A stretch of 53,755 nt of DNA, taken from the NCBI RefSeq assembly GCF_006345805.1, contig NW_021833839.1:1-53755 (forward strand), in the 5' to 3' direction. The notes beneath the pieces are model-generated. The model did not search any database, was not told the DNA's origin, and saw nothing but the letters and a program-made list of their open reading frames with translations. The stretch is from Octopus sinensis (taxonomy: Eukaryota). A program made the translations under genes and the position numbers. Every line of letters starts with the position of its first letter. Positions within the stretch are counted from its first letter, which is position 1. Positions 12,808 to 23,879 of the stretch are shown in pieces.

Positions 12808-13417
12808 TACACGCAAGCATACACGCACACACACACACACATACACACACACCACTCGTCTACAACATTCACGCACGCGCAGGCGCCACATTCACGCTCA
12901 AACCCATGTATATTCAATGAATGTCATTCCAAATGCAATGCAACATATATAGACGCCATTTTAAAATTCCCTTAACCTGAAGTGAACCATCGACAGGTGG
13001 AGAAGATTCAGTTAAACGTCACTGACATGCTAAAAGCAATTTATTGAATAAAATCTCAAGGTTTTTTTCTTTCTTTTTCCTCTTTCCGAAAATGAATAAA
13101 ATGATAATAAGAATTTTTAAAAAATATAAAGTAAAAAGCATAAATAGCAATTCGTCTTTATTTATTTTTGTGTTTATTTTTCTGTGTTTTATTTATCTTT
13201 CCTCCCCCCCATTTCAATCTATTCTGTCTTTCCTGTACAAAAAAGCCACCATCTTGTTTGTGCATATATATTTACACACGCGCGTGCACGAACATACACG
13301 CATACATACATTTATATATACATAAGTATACAAATATATATACATACACACACATATACATACATACACACGTATATATATATATATATATGTATATATA
13401 TAATATATATATATACT

Positions 13418-13820
13418 GGCGTAGGAGTGGCTGTGTGGTAAGTAGCTTGTTTACTAAGCACATGGTTCGGGTTCAGTCCCACTGCGTGGCACCTTGGGCA
13501 AGTGTCTTCTACTATAGCCTCGGGCCGACCAAAGCCTTGTGAGTGGATTTGGTAGACGGAAACTGAAAGAAGCCGTCGTATATATGTATGCGTGTGTGTG
13601 TTTGTGTGTCTGTGTTTGTCCCCCTAGCATTGCTGACAACCGATGCTGGTGCGTTTATGTCCCTGTTACTTAGCGGTTCGCAAAAAGAGACCGATAGAAT
13701 AAGTACTGGGCTTACAAAAGAATAAGTCCTGGGGTCGAGTTGCTCGATTAAAGGCGGTGCTCCAGCATGGCCGCAGTCAAATGACTGAAACAAGTAAAAG
13801 AGTAAAAGAGTAAAAGAGTA
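13418..13820 (+). mobile_element. SINE family A, full-length
   Basis: Family head, body and (AAAAGAGT)3 tail. Confidence 0.9.
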
Positions 13821-13962
13821 TACTCATACATACGTATACATATATTCATATGTATACACATAAACATGTAGATATACATACATATATATATATGTATATA
13901 TATGTACATAAAAACTCAATTCATACACACACACACATTATATATATATACATATATATATG

Positions 13963-13993
<31 letters not shown>

Positions 13994-14426
13994 GTATATG
14001 TATATATTTGCGTTCATATATTTTATGATGATTCTTTGGGAAAAGAATTTGCTTTGATGTTTTATGGAAACACTTTTAAGAGAAAAAAAGATATTTGAAA
14101 GAAAAAAATGTTCCATGTTTTCCAAAAACAAAACCCCAAACAAAATGAATGATTTAATAAATAAATAAACAAAACATGTTGGAGGGGTTATAACTTGACA
14201 TTGATCCTTAATCTTTTTTAAGCTTACACTGAGCAATGATTAATCTTTACCACTTAATAGGACCTCAATCAAATTGAACTAACGAAGGAGCCACAATATC
14301 GTCAATGGAGAAATTTGAAGTTATAATAATCCCTTACAGTGTCCATCTTTGCTGAGGAAACTTAAATCTTTATTAAATCTTCATGTGCTGCGTGATCAGC
14401 GTGATTCAAGACGATGGTTTGCATAT

Positions 14427-14810
14427 TTATTACGTACGCCTTCGCGAAGCCGGAGGTATTGTTTTCAGTTGTGTTCGTCTGCTTGTCTGTCCGCGAACAA
14501 AATATCTCAAGAACCGCTGGATGGATTCAGATGAAAACTTCTGGGCTGTTTGGCCTCGTGACTGGCACGAACCGATTAGATTTTAGGATTGATCTGGTAC
14601 CGGACAAGGATTCTGGATTATTTTTCCTCTTTTTTTTTTTTTTACTTAATTTTTGAGAGTGGTCGGGTTCATTTTTAGTATTCTCGTTTGTGAGAGTAGT
14701 CGAGTTTATTTCAGATATTCTCATTTCAAAAAATCATCTCTGGCTAATTGTTGAGAGGACATTAGTGTTGCTTTAGTGAAGATTTGCGCTCTTTGAGTGT
14801 TGTTCTTAAT
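14427..14810 (+). mobile_element. Helentron/DINE-1-like non-autonomous element
   Basis: 5' TTATTAC..CGCC..CGGAGGTATTGTTTTCAG hairpin region, GTCTG repeats, AAGAACCGCTGGATGGATT core and 3' GAAGATTTGCGCTCTTTGAGTG end; inverted homolog at 11646-11907. Confidence 0.6.
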
Positions 14811-14819
14811 ATGTTCTGG

Positions 14820-15165
14820 CAGATTAAGGTGGCAGAAAGGTTAACACGCCAGGCCAAATACTTCACGTTAAAATTCCGCTGAGATCGACGTTGTGCTCTG
14901 GGATCGATCTAATCGACTGGCCCCCTCCTCAAAAATTTCAGGCCTTTTGCCTTGAGTAGAAAGGAATATGTTCTGGTAGATTAAGGGGTTTAACACGTCA
15001 GGCGAAATGCTTCACGTTATGATTTCAAATTTCGCCGCGGTCCGACTTTGGCTTTCATCCTTTCGGGGTCGATAAAGTAAGTACTGATTGAGCATTGGGG
15101 TCCGTTTTAGTCAACTTAGTCCCTCGCCCGAAATTGCTGGCCCTGTGCCAAAATTTGAAAACGAA
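14820..15165 (+). mobile_element. Tandem partial SINE family B copies
   Basis: Two GGCAGAAAGGTTAACACG/GGTTTAACACG heads followed by family body. Confidence 0.7.
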
Positions 15166-15996
15166 TAGGTCCTGGCAGATTCGATTACAAATATGCTGAT
15201 TGCTAGTGTGTTTCGTCACAGTAGAATAGCTTCTCCGTTATGACGAATATGTGTTCATAATACATTTGAAGCATTGGTACAGGGAATTCAAGGATATGCG
15301 GTGTTTGGATAGCGTTGCGTCTCGTCTGCCTGATGTGCCCAGAACCAATACATCTGACAGGAGCTGATACACTTTTTTATAATTTCATTGAACAATAGAT
15401 TCGCTGTGCTGTGCTAGTATCTGCCAACCAATAACAAATCTCAATAGACACGCGAGAGAGAGAGAGAGAGGGAGGGAGAGAGAGAGAAAGAGAGAAAGAG
15501 AGAAGAGAGAGAGAGATAGGAGGGGAGAGAGAGGAGGAGAGAGAGAAGAGGGGAGAGAGGAGGGGAGAGGGAGAGATAAAGAGGGAAAAACAGCGTCAAA
15601 CAGATAGACAGTGAAGAAAGAGCGAGTGCGTATTTGAATGGTATTTTATTTTCCAGTCTCAGAGCGATAGAAGACAAAGCCGACTTCGGCAGGGTTCGAA
15701 CTCGGATCGCCGAGAGCTGGAACAAGTACTGCAAATTATTCTTCCCGACGCTTGCTGTTCTTTAAACTGGATTAATATCACTTGTGACCACCCTGTCGCT
15801 GTAGAAATATTTAGGTCAGCATTAACATTTTTATTTATTTTTTTAAACAGTAAAATCAAAATTTAGGGAGAATAGGCTGCTGTTTCTGTTCGCATGATTT
15901 TTATTCGGCTCGCATGTTTCTGGGAAGTGTGATCTCTTCGTTCCTCACCACAACTTTCCTAAGGCAATTTTGGTATACATTATATTTCATAATTAA

Positions 15997-16440
15997 CAAT
16001 TGCGAAAGAGGTGATATGGAAGACGAGAATGAAAGGTTTACGGTCAGGCAAGTTCATCTCCGGCCCTGGTTTGATGAATTACTTCATCTTTCACTTGAAA
16101 AGGAAGATAGGGCTGGAGAGAAAATGCCTGACTAAGAGAGTGTACGAAGAAAGATGGAAGGATGTAGCACGAAAGTTGCGTGTGAATGATACCACATAAA
16201 TGTAAAACAAGACGGAACCAAAGTATCAGTAGTGAGGCGGGGCTCGTGGGGTCCGAGCTAAACCCGCTCCCACTCCACCCGTAATGTCTTCCGGTCTGTT
16301 CTTCATTCGATTTTTTGCTATTTTTTAATTTTTGTAAATTTTTAAATTCGCCTTTTTTGTAAACCCATTCGTTAATCTGACCCCACATCAGGTTGTACTG
16401 TCCCCTCTATGTTTGCCCCTTGTGGGTAATAATAAAACAA
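15997..16440 (+). mobile_element. 5'-truncated L1/Tx1-clade LINE (ORF2 C-terminus plus 3' UTR) with 17-bp TSD
   Basis: TTATATTTCATAATTAA at both 15980-15996 and 16441-16457; A-rich end TAATAATAAAACAA. Frame 16011-16199 gives IWKTRMKG...FIFHLKRKIGLERKCLTKRVYEERW, resembling the W..R...L...I..ER......F...W pattern at L1/Tx1 ORF2 C-termini. Confidence 0.75.
16011..16199 (+). pseudogene. ORF2 C-terminal remnant of the truncated L1/Tx1 copy
   Basis: See the element above; the frame ends at a stop followed by about 240 nt of 3' UTR. Confidence 0.65.
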
Positions 16441-16505
16441 TTATATTTCATAATTAAATTTGTAATTTGTGTCACTTTCCTTAATCGTTAAAAAAAAACA
16501 ATAAT

Positions 16506-16552
<47 letters not shown>

Positions 16553-17367
16553 GACGCAGGTGTGACTGTGTGATTAATGAGGTCGCCTTACAAACACGTG
16601 GTTCCGTGTTCATCCTCACAGCACGGCACCTTATGCGAGTGTCTTTTACTATAGCTCCAGGTCTTCTGATAATTTTTAATGAATTCGGCTGTTGGAAATT
16701 GTGTAGAAGTTAATCATACACACACACACACGCACACACACACATACATTCTTTTCTACACTAGGCACAAGGCCTGAAATTTGGGGGGGGGAGGGGTCCA
16801 GTCGATTAGATCGACCCCAGTACGCAACTGGTACTTAATTTATCGACATCGAAAGGATGAAAGGCAAAGTCGACCTCGGCGGAATCTGAAACACACACAC
16901 ACATATAAACGGACATCCGTGCACATATATACGTACGTACAGATATACTTATACAGAGACAGATACGCATCGAGACCCTCATGAAAACTCCCAAATCCAA
17001 CATTACAAAGAAATGCTGTGCAAATAGAATGAGCTGCGTCACCTTCATTCCAAAAATTAGATTCTCCTTCGTCCTTTAAAAAGACCAAATATAATCAAAT
17101 TGTTTCTCGTTTTGAATATATTTTTACAAAATTTTGTGTAAGTGAACAATTTTATTCTGCATCTGTAAATACGAAATCAAACTTCTATAAAGACAATTCT
17201 TGTGAGCACGAGGAAGAGTATAAAAGATTTTGTTTCTTCACTCTTCGAATAGAAAAACCAAACCTATGTAAAAGGAACTTTCTGTGGAAGAAAAAAAAGG
17301 GGAAAGAATTCTTTATTTCTTTCTTCTTAAATAAGAAACTAATAAGAAAAGAAAATTGCTTTTCGAG

Positions 17368-17613
17368 ATGGGTTCAATTTGTTCTTGCATAACATCTTAT
17401 CCATCGGTGTCTGAAGATCCTTACCGAGAAAAATACATTCTACCCTATGTGCGACCACAAGAGAAACTTGCATTTTGGGACCAAGGAAAGTTTCTCATCA
17501 CTCCCGAACAAGTACAAGTCAGGAACTGCAAAATATGCTTACAGAATAGGAAACGAATTTCGTATATCCCTCGGCTTCTACGGTTTAAACCAGAAAAGAC
17601 AAAACGCGATTAA
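17368..17613 (+). CDS. Candidate 81-aa microprotein with N-terminal MGSICSC acylation motif
   Basis: ATG in GAGATGG context; MGxxxS myristoylation consensus with Cys5 and Cys7; non-repetitive sequence; TATAAAAG at 17219 and AATAAA at 17817. No recognised homolog. Confidence 0.3.
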   Translation: MGSICSCITSYPSVSEDPYREKYILPYVRPQEKLAFWDQGKFLITPEQVQVRNCKICLQNRKRISYIPRLLRFKPEKTKRD

Positions 17614-18991
17614 ATCCACTGATTACATATAAATATTTTCCCGGGTAGAAAAAATCGATATCCTCGGCTTCTCTGGTGTAAATCAAACGACAAACGAATT
17701 CTGCACGGTACAAAAGAAAGCCAAGTTCAATGATACGTCGTAATCTCGACCACCTATACGTTTATACAGCAAGGGGACTGGATAAACGACCTTAAAAAGT
17801 CTCGAGTGCCGAGATAAATAAATTATTCTACAGTCTTTCCTATACTTATTTTATCGAGATTTTAACCATGCATGACTCTATGCAGGCTCTGTCGTATTTA
17901 CATAACCAAAATATATTTAATAACTGGAGGAAGAGTTTTTCGTTCTTCGTATTCTTCCCAACAATTTCTATTAACATTTTTGTTAGTTCAAATTTCTATA
18001 TATAGAAAGCAGGCATCTTTAACTATAAACATCTTTCATCATAAACGCAATGAATTTTTTTATCGTAAGCAGAGGCTCATTACGAGTCTAACGGACAGCA
18101 GAAGAAATCTTCAGAGGAAGAACTCCCGCCAAGCAAATGATTCAGGTTTCGGCCCGTTAGTTCCGGATATCCTAAGAGAACCGGACCCATATACATTAAG
18201 ACTCGTAGGTATCCTTTCGCTGTTCTTGAAATGCTTCCTGGGGAGGAATTGAACCCGAAACTTTCTGATCTGTGGCGTATACATTTCATCACACGTGCCA
18301 TGAAATTTTTCTAACTAACATTAATTACTTTTTCACCATATTCTCCTATATAGTTATAGGCCTCGTTCTCTTCAGTGATAACTTAATCGGTTTCGATTCG
18401 CCAGTCAAACTTCTAATTTTGTGTCACAAAAACGTGGCCATCCTAGTGGTTAATTTGTTGCATACGAAATACCTAAGATTGTGGTTTCAATTCCCCGACC
18501 GGGTATGGTGCTGTGTTCTTGAGCGTAGCACTTTAAGTTGCTCCAGTTTATTCAGATGTAAAGGAATTTTAGAAACAGATCAGAAGTTGCCCCATCGTCA
18601 ACCCGAACTAATGAGCTTTCGTCGACAAGAAAACACTACCGACATGTTTTACAAAATTCATTTCGTGATGCTGGTCCTTCCTCTGTAAAGAATTTTCAAT
18701 CATTATAAAACCTGACTCGTCCTATTTTAAGGCCAGCAATAAGCCAAAGCGGCTGCATTTTTTAAATTACCATAAATATGAGCTTCTTTCAAAAAATTGC
18801 GTGTTGGTGCTCAGGTTCTCGGACGACTTGCGACTATGCCTGAAAACCCAATGTACCGAGTCGAAAGTCAGTCGCAAAGAGACTGACACAGACAAAATAA
18901 ATATCATGCCGCCAAGTACTCGTTTTTCCAAGTCAACACAAATCGTTTGTGTGTGTGTCTATAGTTATGGATTTAATCATTTGAGGTTTTT

Positions 18992-19208
18992 ATGTTATGT
19001 CGTTTTTATGTTATGTTGTTATGTCGTTTTTATGTTATGTCGTTATTATGTCGTTATTATGTCGTTATTATGTCGTTGTTATGTCGTTGTTATGTCGTTA
19101 TGTCGTTGTTATGTCGTTGTTATGTCGTTGTTATGTCGTTGTTATGTCGTTGTTATGTCGTTGTTATGTCGTTGTTATGTCGTTACTATGTCGTTACTAT
19201 GTCGTTAT
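18992..19208. repeat. 11-bp tandem repeat (TATGTCGTTGT)n
   Basis: Direct reading, with variants TATGTCGTTAT, TATGTCGTTTT and TATGTCGTTAC. Confidence 0.95.
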
Positions 19209-19804
19209 TCCAATATCAAACAGTTATATTCTTTTCTATTAAGGTTCAAATATATTTCCGTTTTTCAAAGATTCCAATAAAACAATATTAATATTAATTG
19301 AACAGCTTTTTGTCTCCCTTGAAACCTTATTCTAAATTTAAGGCTCGACAACCAAATTTCTTTAAAAATATATTTTACTATATAATCGCGTGTCTTTTTC
19401 TACGACATTCCTTAAAGCAGGACAGGATTTGAGGTTCCTTTTCCCTTTTTACAGCTAGCAAGTCGAACGAACTTAAATTTTTCTTTTGTTGCTGTTATTG
19501 CTGTTGTTATTGTTTTTTTTTATATTTTTAGATAGACTTCCAACACCTGTATCCCAGGGCTTAACTGGAACATAGTATATTTCGTCTCGAAAAGATGAAA
19601 GGCAAAATCAAACTCGGTGGCATTTCAAATTGTAAAACCGAAAGAAAATATCGCAATGCATTTTGTACGGGGCGCTTAAAAATCCTGATAGCACGCTGCC
19701 CTAACAATATTAATAATGCTTGTTACCTTAGACTCAAGGCTTGAAAATTATAGCGGAGGGTGCTTGTTGATTATATGGACTCCAGTACTTAAACGCTACT
19801 TATT

Positions 19805-20590
19805 TAATCAAACTTTGAAGGGATGAACGGTAAAGTCGAACCGGACGAAATTTGAACTGAGAAAGTAGAGGCGGGAAAACTGGCGCTAAGCATTTTATCG
19901 GACGCGCTAAACCTGTTGCTAACACGCCGTTTTGCGTAATGATCTTTTCTACAATAGGTACAAGGACTAGAAATTTGCGGGAGCGGGGTACGGCGGATAG
20001 TCGATTGCATCGACTTCAGTACTTTACTGGTACTTGTCTCTTCAAGGCAGCGAGCTGGCAGAAACGTTAGCACGCCGGGCGAAATGCGTAGCCGTATTTC
20101 GTCTGCCGTTACGTTCTGAGTTCAAATTCCGCCGAGGTCGACTTTGCCTTTCATCCTTTCGGGGTCGATGAATTAAGTACCTATTTCTTCACTACCCACA
20201 AGGGGCCAAACACAGAGAGGACAAACAAGGACAGACAAACGGATCAAGTCGATTATATCGACCCCAGTGCGTAACTAGTACTTATTTAATCGACCCCAAA
20301 ACGTAACGCCAGACGAAATACCGCTAAGCATTTCGCTCGGCGTCCTAACGTAAATACCAGTTACGCACTGGGGTCGATGTAATCGACTTAATCCGTTTGT
20401 CTGTCCTTATTTGTCCCCTCTGTGTTTAGCCCCTTTTGGGTAGTAAAGAAATAGGTACTTGTCTCATCAAATCCGACAAGATGAAATGCGAAGTCGATCT
20501 CGGTGGAATTTGAACACCGAACGTAGAACCGGGAAGAAATGCCGCTATTTTGTTCAGATTGCTAAGTAATTCTGCCAGTTCGCTTCCTTG
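19805..20590. mobile_element. Nested SINE family B insertions (B in B in B)
   Basis: A minus-strand copy is split by a plus-strand copy (about 20041-20453) flanked by GGTACTTGTCTC at 20029-20040 and 20454-20465. That copy is itself split near 20180-20350 by another minus-strand copy. Confidence 0.8.
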
Positions 20591-21039
20591 TGTAATAACA
20601 ATAAGGAACAGCAGCAGAAGTAAGAGAACAACAGCAACGGCAACAACAAAAACGATAATTGATTGATTGTTGTTCAGCCGTTATCTTCAAGGTTGGTTAA
20701 ACCGGATTTGTCGTCTCAAGTCACTCGTCATGATAAAATAAGAGAATATAAAGTAAACATGGCGGAAATTGATAACAACAACATACAACACACTGCATTA
20801 GAATATCAACACCGCACCTATCTCTCTCTCTTACCGCATAGCTCACAAAGTGCAATATGTTTGTGTGTGTGTAAAAATACACGCACATGTACGATCTGCA
20901 GAACATGCAAAAGTTTAGTGTGTTTAGAGAGCTTCTTTCATATTTCAATCTGCTAGAAATGGCGAACAAATCAACTTCGACGTACGCTTTATCGTTTCGA
21001 AAAAAATTAAGGTATATTTGGATAATATAGTTTGCGATA

Positions 21040-21203
21040 GGCGCAGGAGTGGCTGTGCGGTAAGTAGCCTTGCTTACCAACCACATGGTTCCGGGTTCAT
21101 TCCCACTGCGTAGCACCTTGGGCAAGTGTCTTCTACTATAGCCTCGGGCCGACCAAAGCCTTGTGAGTGGATTTGGTAGACGAAAACTAAAAGAAGCCCG
21201 TCA
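21040..21203 (+). mobile_element. SINE family A, 5' half
   Basis: Family head and first body segment ending in (TA)n. Confidence 0.85.
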
Positions 21204-21233
21204 TGTATGTATGTATGTATATATATATATATG

Positions 21234-21285
<52 letters not shown>

Positions 21286-21314
21286 CGCAGAAGTGGCTGT
21301 GTGGTAAGTAGCTT

Positions 21315-23324
21315 TGCTAACTGCGCATGTGCGAGTCAGTGTTGTGTTTGCCACTGAAGCAGTGAAGATGTGCTTTTGAAGCCGTCTTGAATTGAAAACT
21401 TTGGAAGCCCCATGTAAGGTAAGATTCTGTTTTCTGGGTCCAGTGGGAGTTTTTGTTGGGAATTATTTTTTACATGCAGGAAGTCCTTCTGGATTCAGAA
21501 TTCTGATTCTGCCGACATGTGGCATATATATTTTTCTCGCTGAGAAAATTTTTGGGGGCGTATCCGTCTTCGAATTGTGAGAATTGCATTGTACTGTGAA
21601 GAACTACCAATTTTACACCAATTTATGTGAAAGTTGTGCGATCCTGGTTCGATTTAGGCCGGGAGTACCAAATGGCCAAAAGGATTTTGCTGTGTTTTTG
21701 ACTTTCTTTTTAACTTTATTTGACTTTCTTTTCAACTTTATTTGACTCTCTCCTTTTTTCATCGTGACTTTCTTCGGATTTCCTTTTCTTCTCGTTTTTT
21801 AGTTTTATTCTAAATACATTTATTTATAAAAAAAACAAAACAAAAAAAAAACAAAAACATGGCAACAAAAGAAACCACCGCTTTGGAATGGGAGGTCATC
21901 CCACCCAAAGCGTGGATTGAAAATCTTGAGAAGAGGACGGTGGTCCTACGAACCTATTCTAGGTCGCGTGGAGCCATTGCCCTCTTCGACAGGAATACTA
22001 TAGAGAAAGAGTTGGGGGAATACCTGTCAACTATAAAATTTATTTCTCGGGGGACTAAATTTGCAACGGTGTGGTTGCTGTTTGGTACCCCCGAGGAAGC
22101 TAGCAGATTTGCTAGCGAGCCACTGGAGGGAGAGGAAATTTTGTTCCTCCCCTCGTATTGTGGCAGAAAAGTGAAAAGAGCCTGGGTGTGTGGGCTGCCC
22201 CCGGGCACAGAGGCGGAATGGATCGAGAAGACCATCCGGCGAGGCCTGGGGGATAGCGGACCCAGACTGCTGAGTGTGATGGTGGCTCCCGCGGTCGCCT
22301 GGCAGGGGTCGAGGGCAACTTTGACCCTGTGGACACCGGTAGCCGTGGGGGAAATGAAATTCCCGGACTTCCTCAGAATGGCTGGGCACAGGTACCCAGT
22401 GATACTCGAGGGTCGCCCCCCCAAGTGTCACCTGTGCCTGAAGCCCGGACATATCAGGAAGAATTGTCCCAGGGGCCGTGGTGGTGCCCCGGAGCAGAGA
22501 GGGGAAAAGGCGCCCGCCGCCCCCTCATTGGAGGGGGAGACGATTGAAGTCGTGGAGGAGGTTGCCTCCACGAAAAGAAAGAGAAAGGCGAGCAACAATG
22601 GTTGCCCGCCAAAGAACGCTCAGGGGGCGAAGGGGGATAGCAATCCCCCGTGTCTGGTGACGGAGTCCCCTGGGTCAGCAGTCTCCCCCAAAAGAAGGAG
22701 GAGAAAAAGGAGAGGTCGGACGACTGACGTTTCTGTGTCGCCGACGGAGCCGCGGGTGGGATGTGTGCCACCCGCGGACAAGGCTCCGCCAGTAGGAAGT
22801 GTGCCACCGACGGAGCAGTGTGAGGTCCCTCCCTGTGAAGAGGAGATGCTTCTCCTCCTTTACCACAAGGGAGAGGAGGTTGAAAGATTCTTGAATGGCT
22901 TGGGTGACCGAGAGCGTAAGGACACGGTCGGCTCAAGGAGTCCGTTATGGCCTCCGCAGGTAGCTGCGGAAAAAGTAACAGAAGATACTTTGTCAAGGGT
23001 CGCAGAGACCTTTGAAAAGAAAGACTTTACCTTTCTCTTTGCAGGCCCCGACTTGTCGTCGCAGAGTTGTCTGCAGGCGGCAAGACAATTTGCTTCGGGG
23101 ACCTGACGAGAAGAATTGTTGAACATTTTTATGTAATTTGAATCATTGTTTATTAAATGTATTTATTGAAACATTGTTCTAGAGAAGCAAAAGTCGGCGG
23201 GCGCTTTCGACTTCTCCCATCACCATCTTCATCCACCACCACCACCACCATCATCCATTAATGTCCTTGTCCAGCCCGTAGCTACTACTCTGTGTGCTGC
23301 CCTAGTGGCAAATTATATAAAATA
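21315..23324 (+). mobile_element. ORF1-only non-autonomous non-LTR retrotransposon (HAL1-like, L1/Tx1 clade)
   Basis: AAGTAGCTT duplicated at 21306-21314 and 23325-23333; about 540-nt leader, single intact ORF, about 220-nt trailer ending in a short A-rich tail; no endonuclease or RT frame. Confidence 0.8.
21859..23106 (+). CDS. L1/Tx1-type ORF1 (gag-like) nucleic-acid-binding protein, 415 aa
   Basis: CX2CX4HX4C knuckle CHLCLKPGHIRKNC at aa 190-203, preceded by the FPDFLRMAGHRYPVILEGRPP pattern and RRM-like segments (VWLLFGTPEEASRF; AWVCGLPPG); basic NLS-like runs KRKRK and PKRRRRKRRGR; GC-rich and uninterrupted. Confidence 0.85.
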   Translation: MATKETTALEWEVIPPKAWIENLEKRTVVLRTYSRSRGAIALFDRNTIEKELGEYLSTIKFISRGTKFATVWLLFGTPEEASRFASEPLEGEEILFLPSYCGRKVKRAWVCGLPPGTEAEWIEKTIRRGLGDSGPRLLSVMVAPAVAWQGSRATLTLWTPVAVGEMKFPDFLRMAGHRYPVILEGRPPKCHLCLKPGHIRKNCPRGRGGAPEQRGEKAPAAPSLEGETIEVVEEVASTKRKRKASNNGCPPKNAQGAKGDSNPPCLVTESPGSAVSPKRRRRKRRGRTTDVSVSPTEPRVGCVPPADKAPPVGSVPPTEQCEVPPCEEEMLLLLYHKGEEVERFLNGLGDRERKDTVGSRSPLWPPQVAAEKVTEDTLSRVAETFEKKDFTFLFAGPDLSSQSCLQAARQFASGT

Positions 23325-23879
23325 AAGTAGCTTGCTTACTAGCCACATGGTTCCGGGTTCAGTCCCACTGCGTGGTGCCTTGGGCAAGTCTCTTCTACTA
23401 TAGCCTCGGGCCGACCAAAAGCTTTGTGAGTGGATTTGGTAGACGGAAACTGAAAGAAGCCCGTCGTATATATGTATGTGTGTATATGTTTGTGTGTCTG
23501 TCCCCCCAGCATCGTTTGACAATCGATGGTGGTGTTTTTACGTCCCCGTCACTTAGCGGTTCGGTAAAAGACACTGATAGAATAAGTAGTAGATTTTAAA
23601 GAAATACAATATAGAGATTTTGTGTAAAAGTGGAAATTAGATGCTGCAAATGGTGATACAGGTGGTGTTGTAGACTCGTGTCTTAAAAAAGATGTATTAA
23701 ATTAGCAGTTGCAAATGGTGTTGCAACAGGTCTAGTGACGTCGCTCGGAGGTGGGGCAGAACGGCTTCATTACATTTTTCATTATATTCAATTCATCTTT
23801 TCCACTTTTTGTTTTTTTTTTATCCCCACCGTGAACTGTCCCCTCTATGTACGGCCTTCATGGCCAATTTCATGACATA

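Larger units (their letters stand above)
21283..23595 (+). mobile_element. SINE family A split by the 2-kb ORF1-only element (head 21283-21314, remainder 23325-23595)
   Basis: GCGCAGAAGTGGCTGTGTGGTAAGTAGCTT upstream continues as AAGTAGCTTGCTTACTAGCCACATGGTTCCGGGTTCAGTCC downstream. Confidence 0.85.

Noticed and set aside
11807-12952. 200-270 aa CV- or HT-rich ORFs, and similar YI/THT ORFs throughout the window
   Set aside because: They come from (CA)/(TG)/(TA) repeats and the 130-bp minisatellite, which lack stops by composition.
21954-23126. Several antisense and alternate-frame ORFs overlapping the 415-aa ORF1
   Set aside because: Expected shadows of a GC-rich coding region; no motifs recognised.
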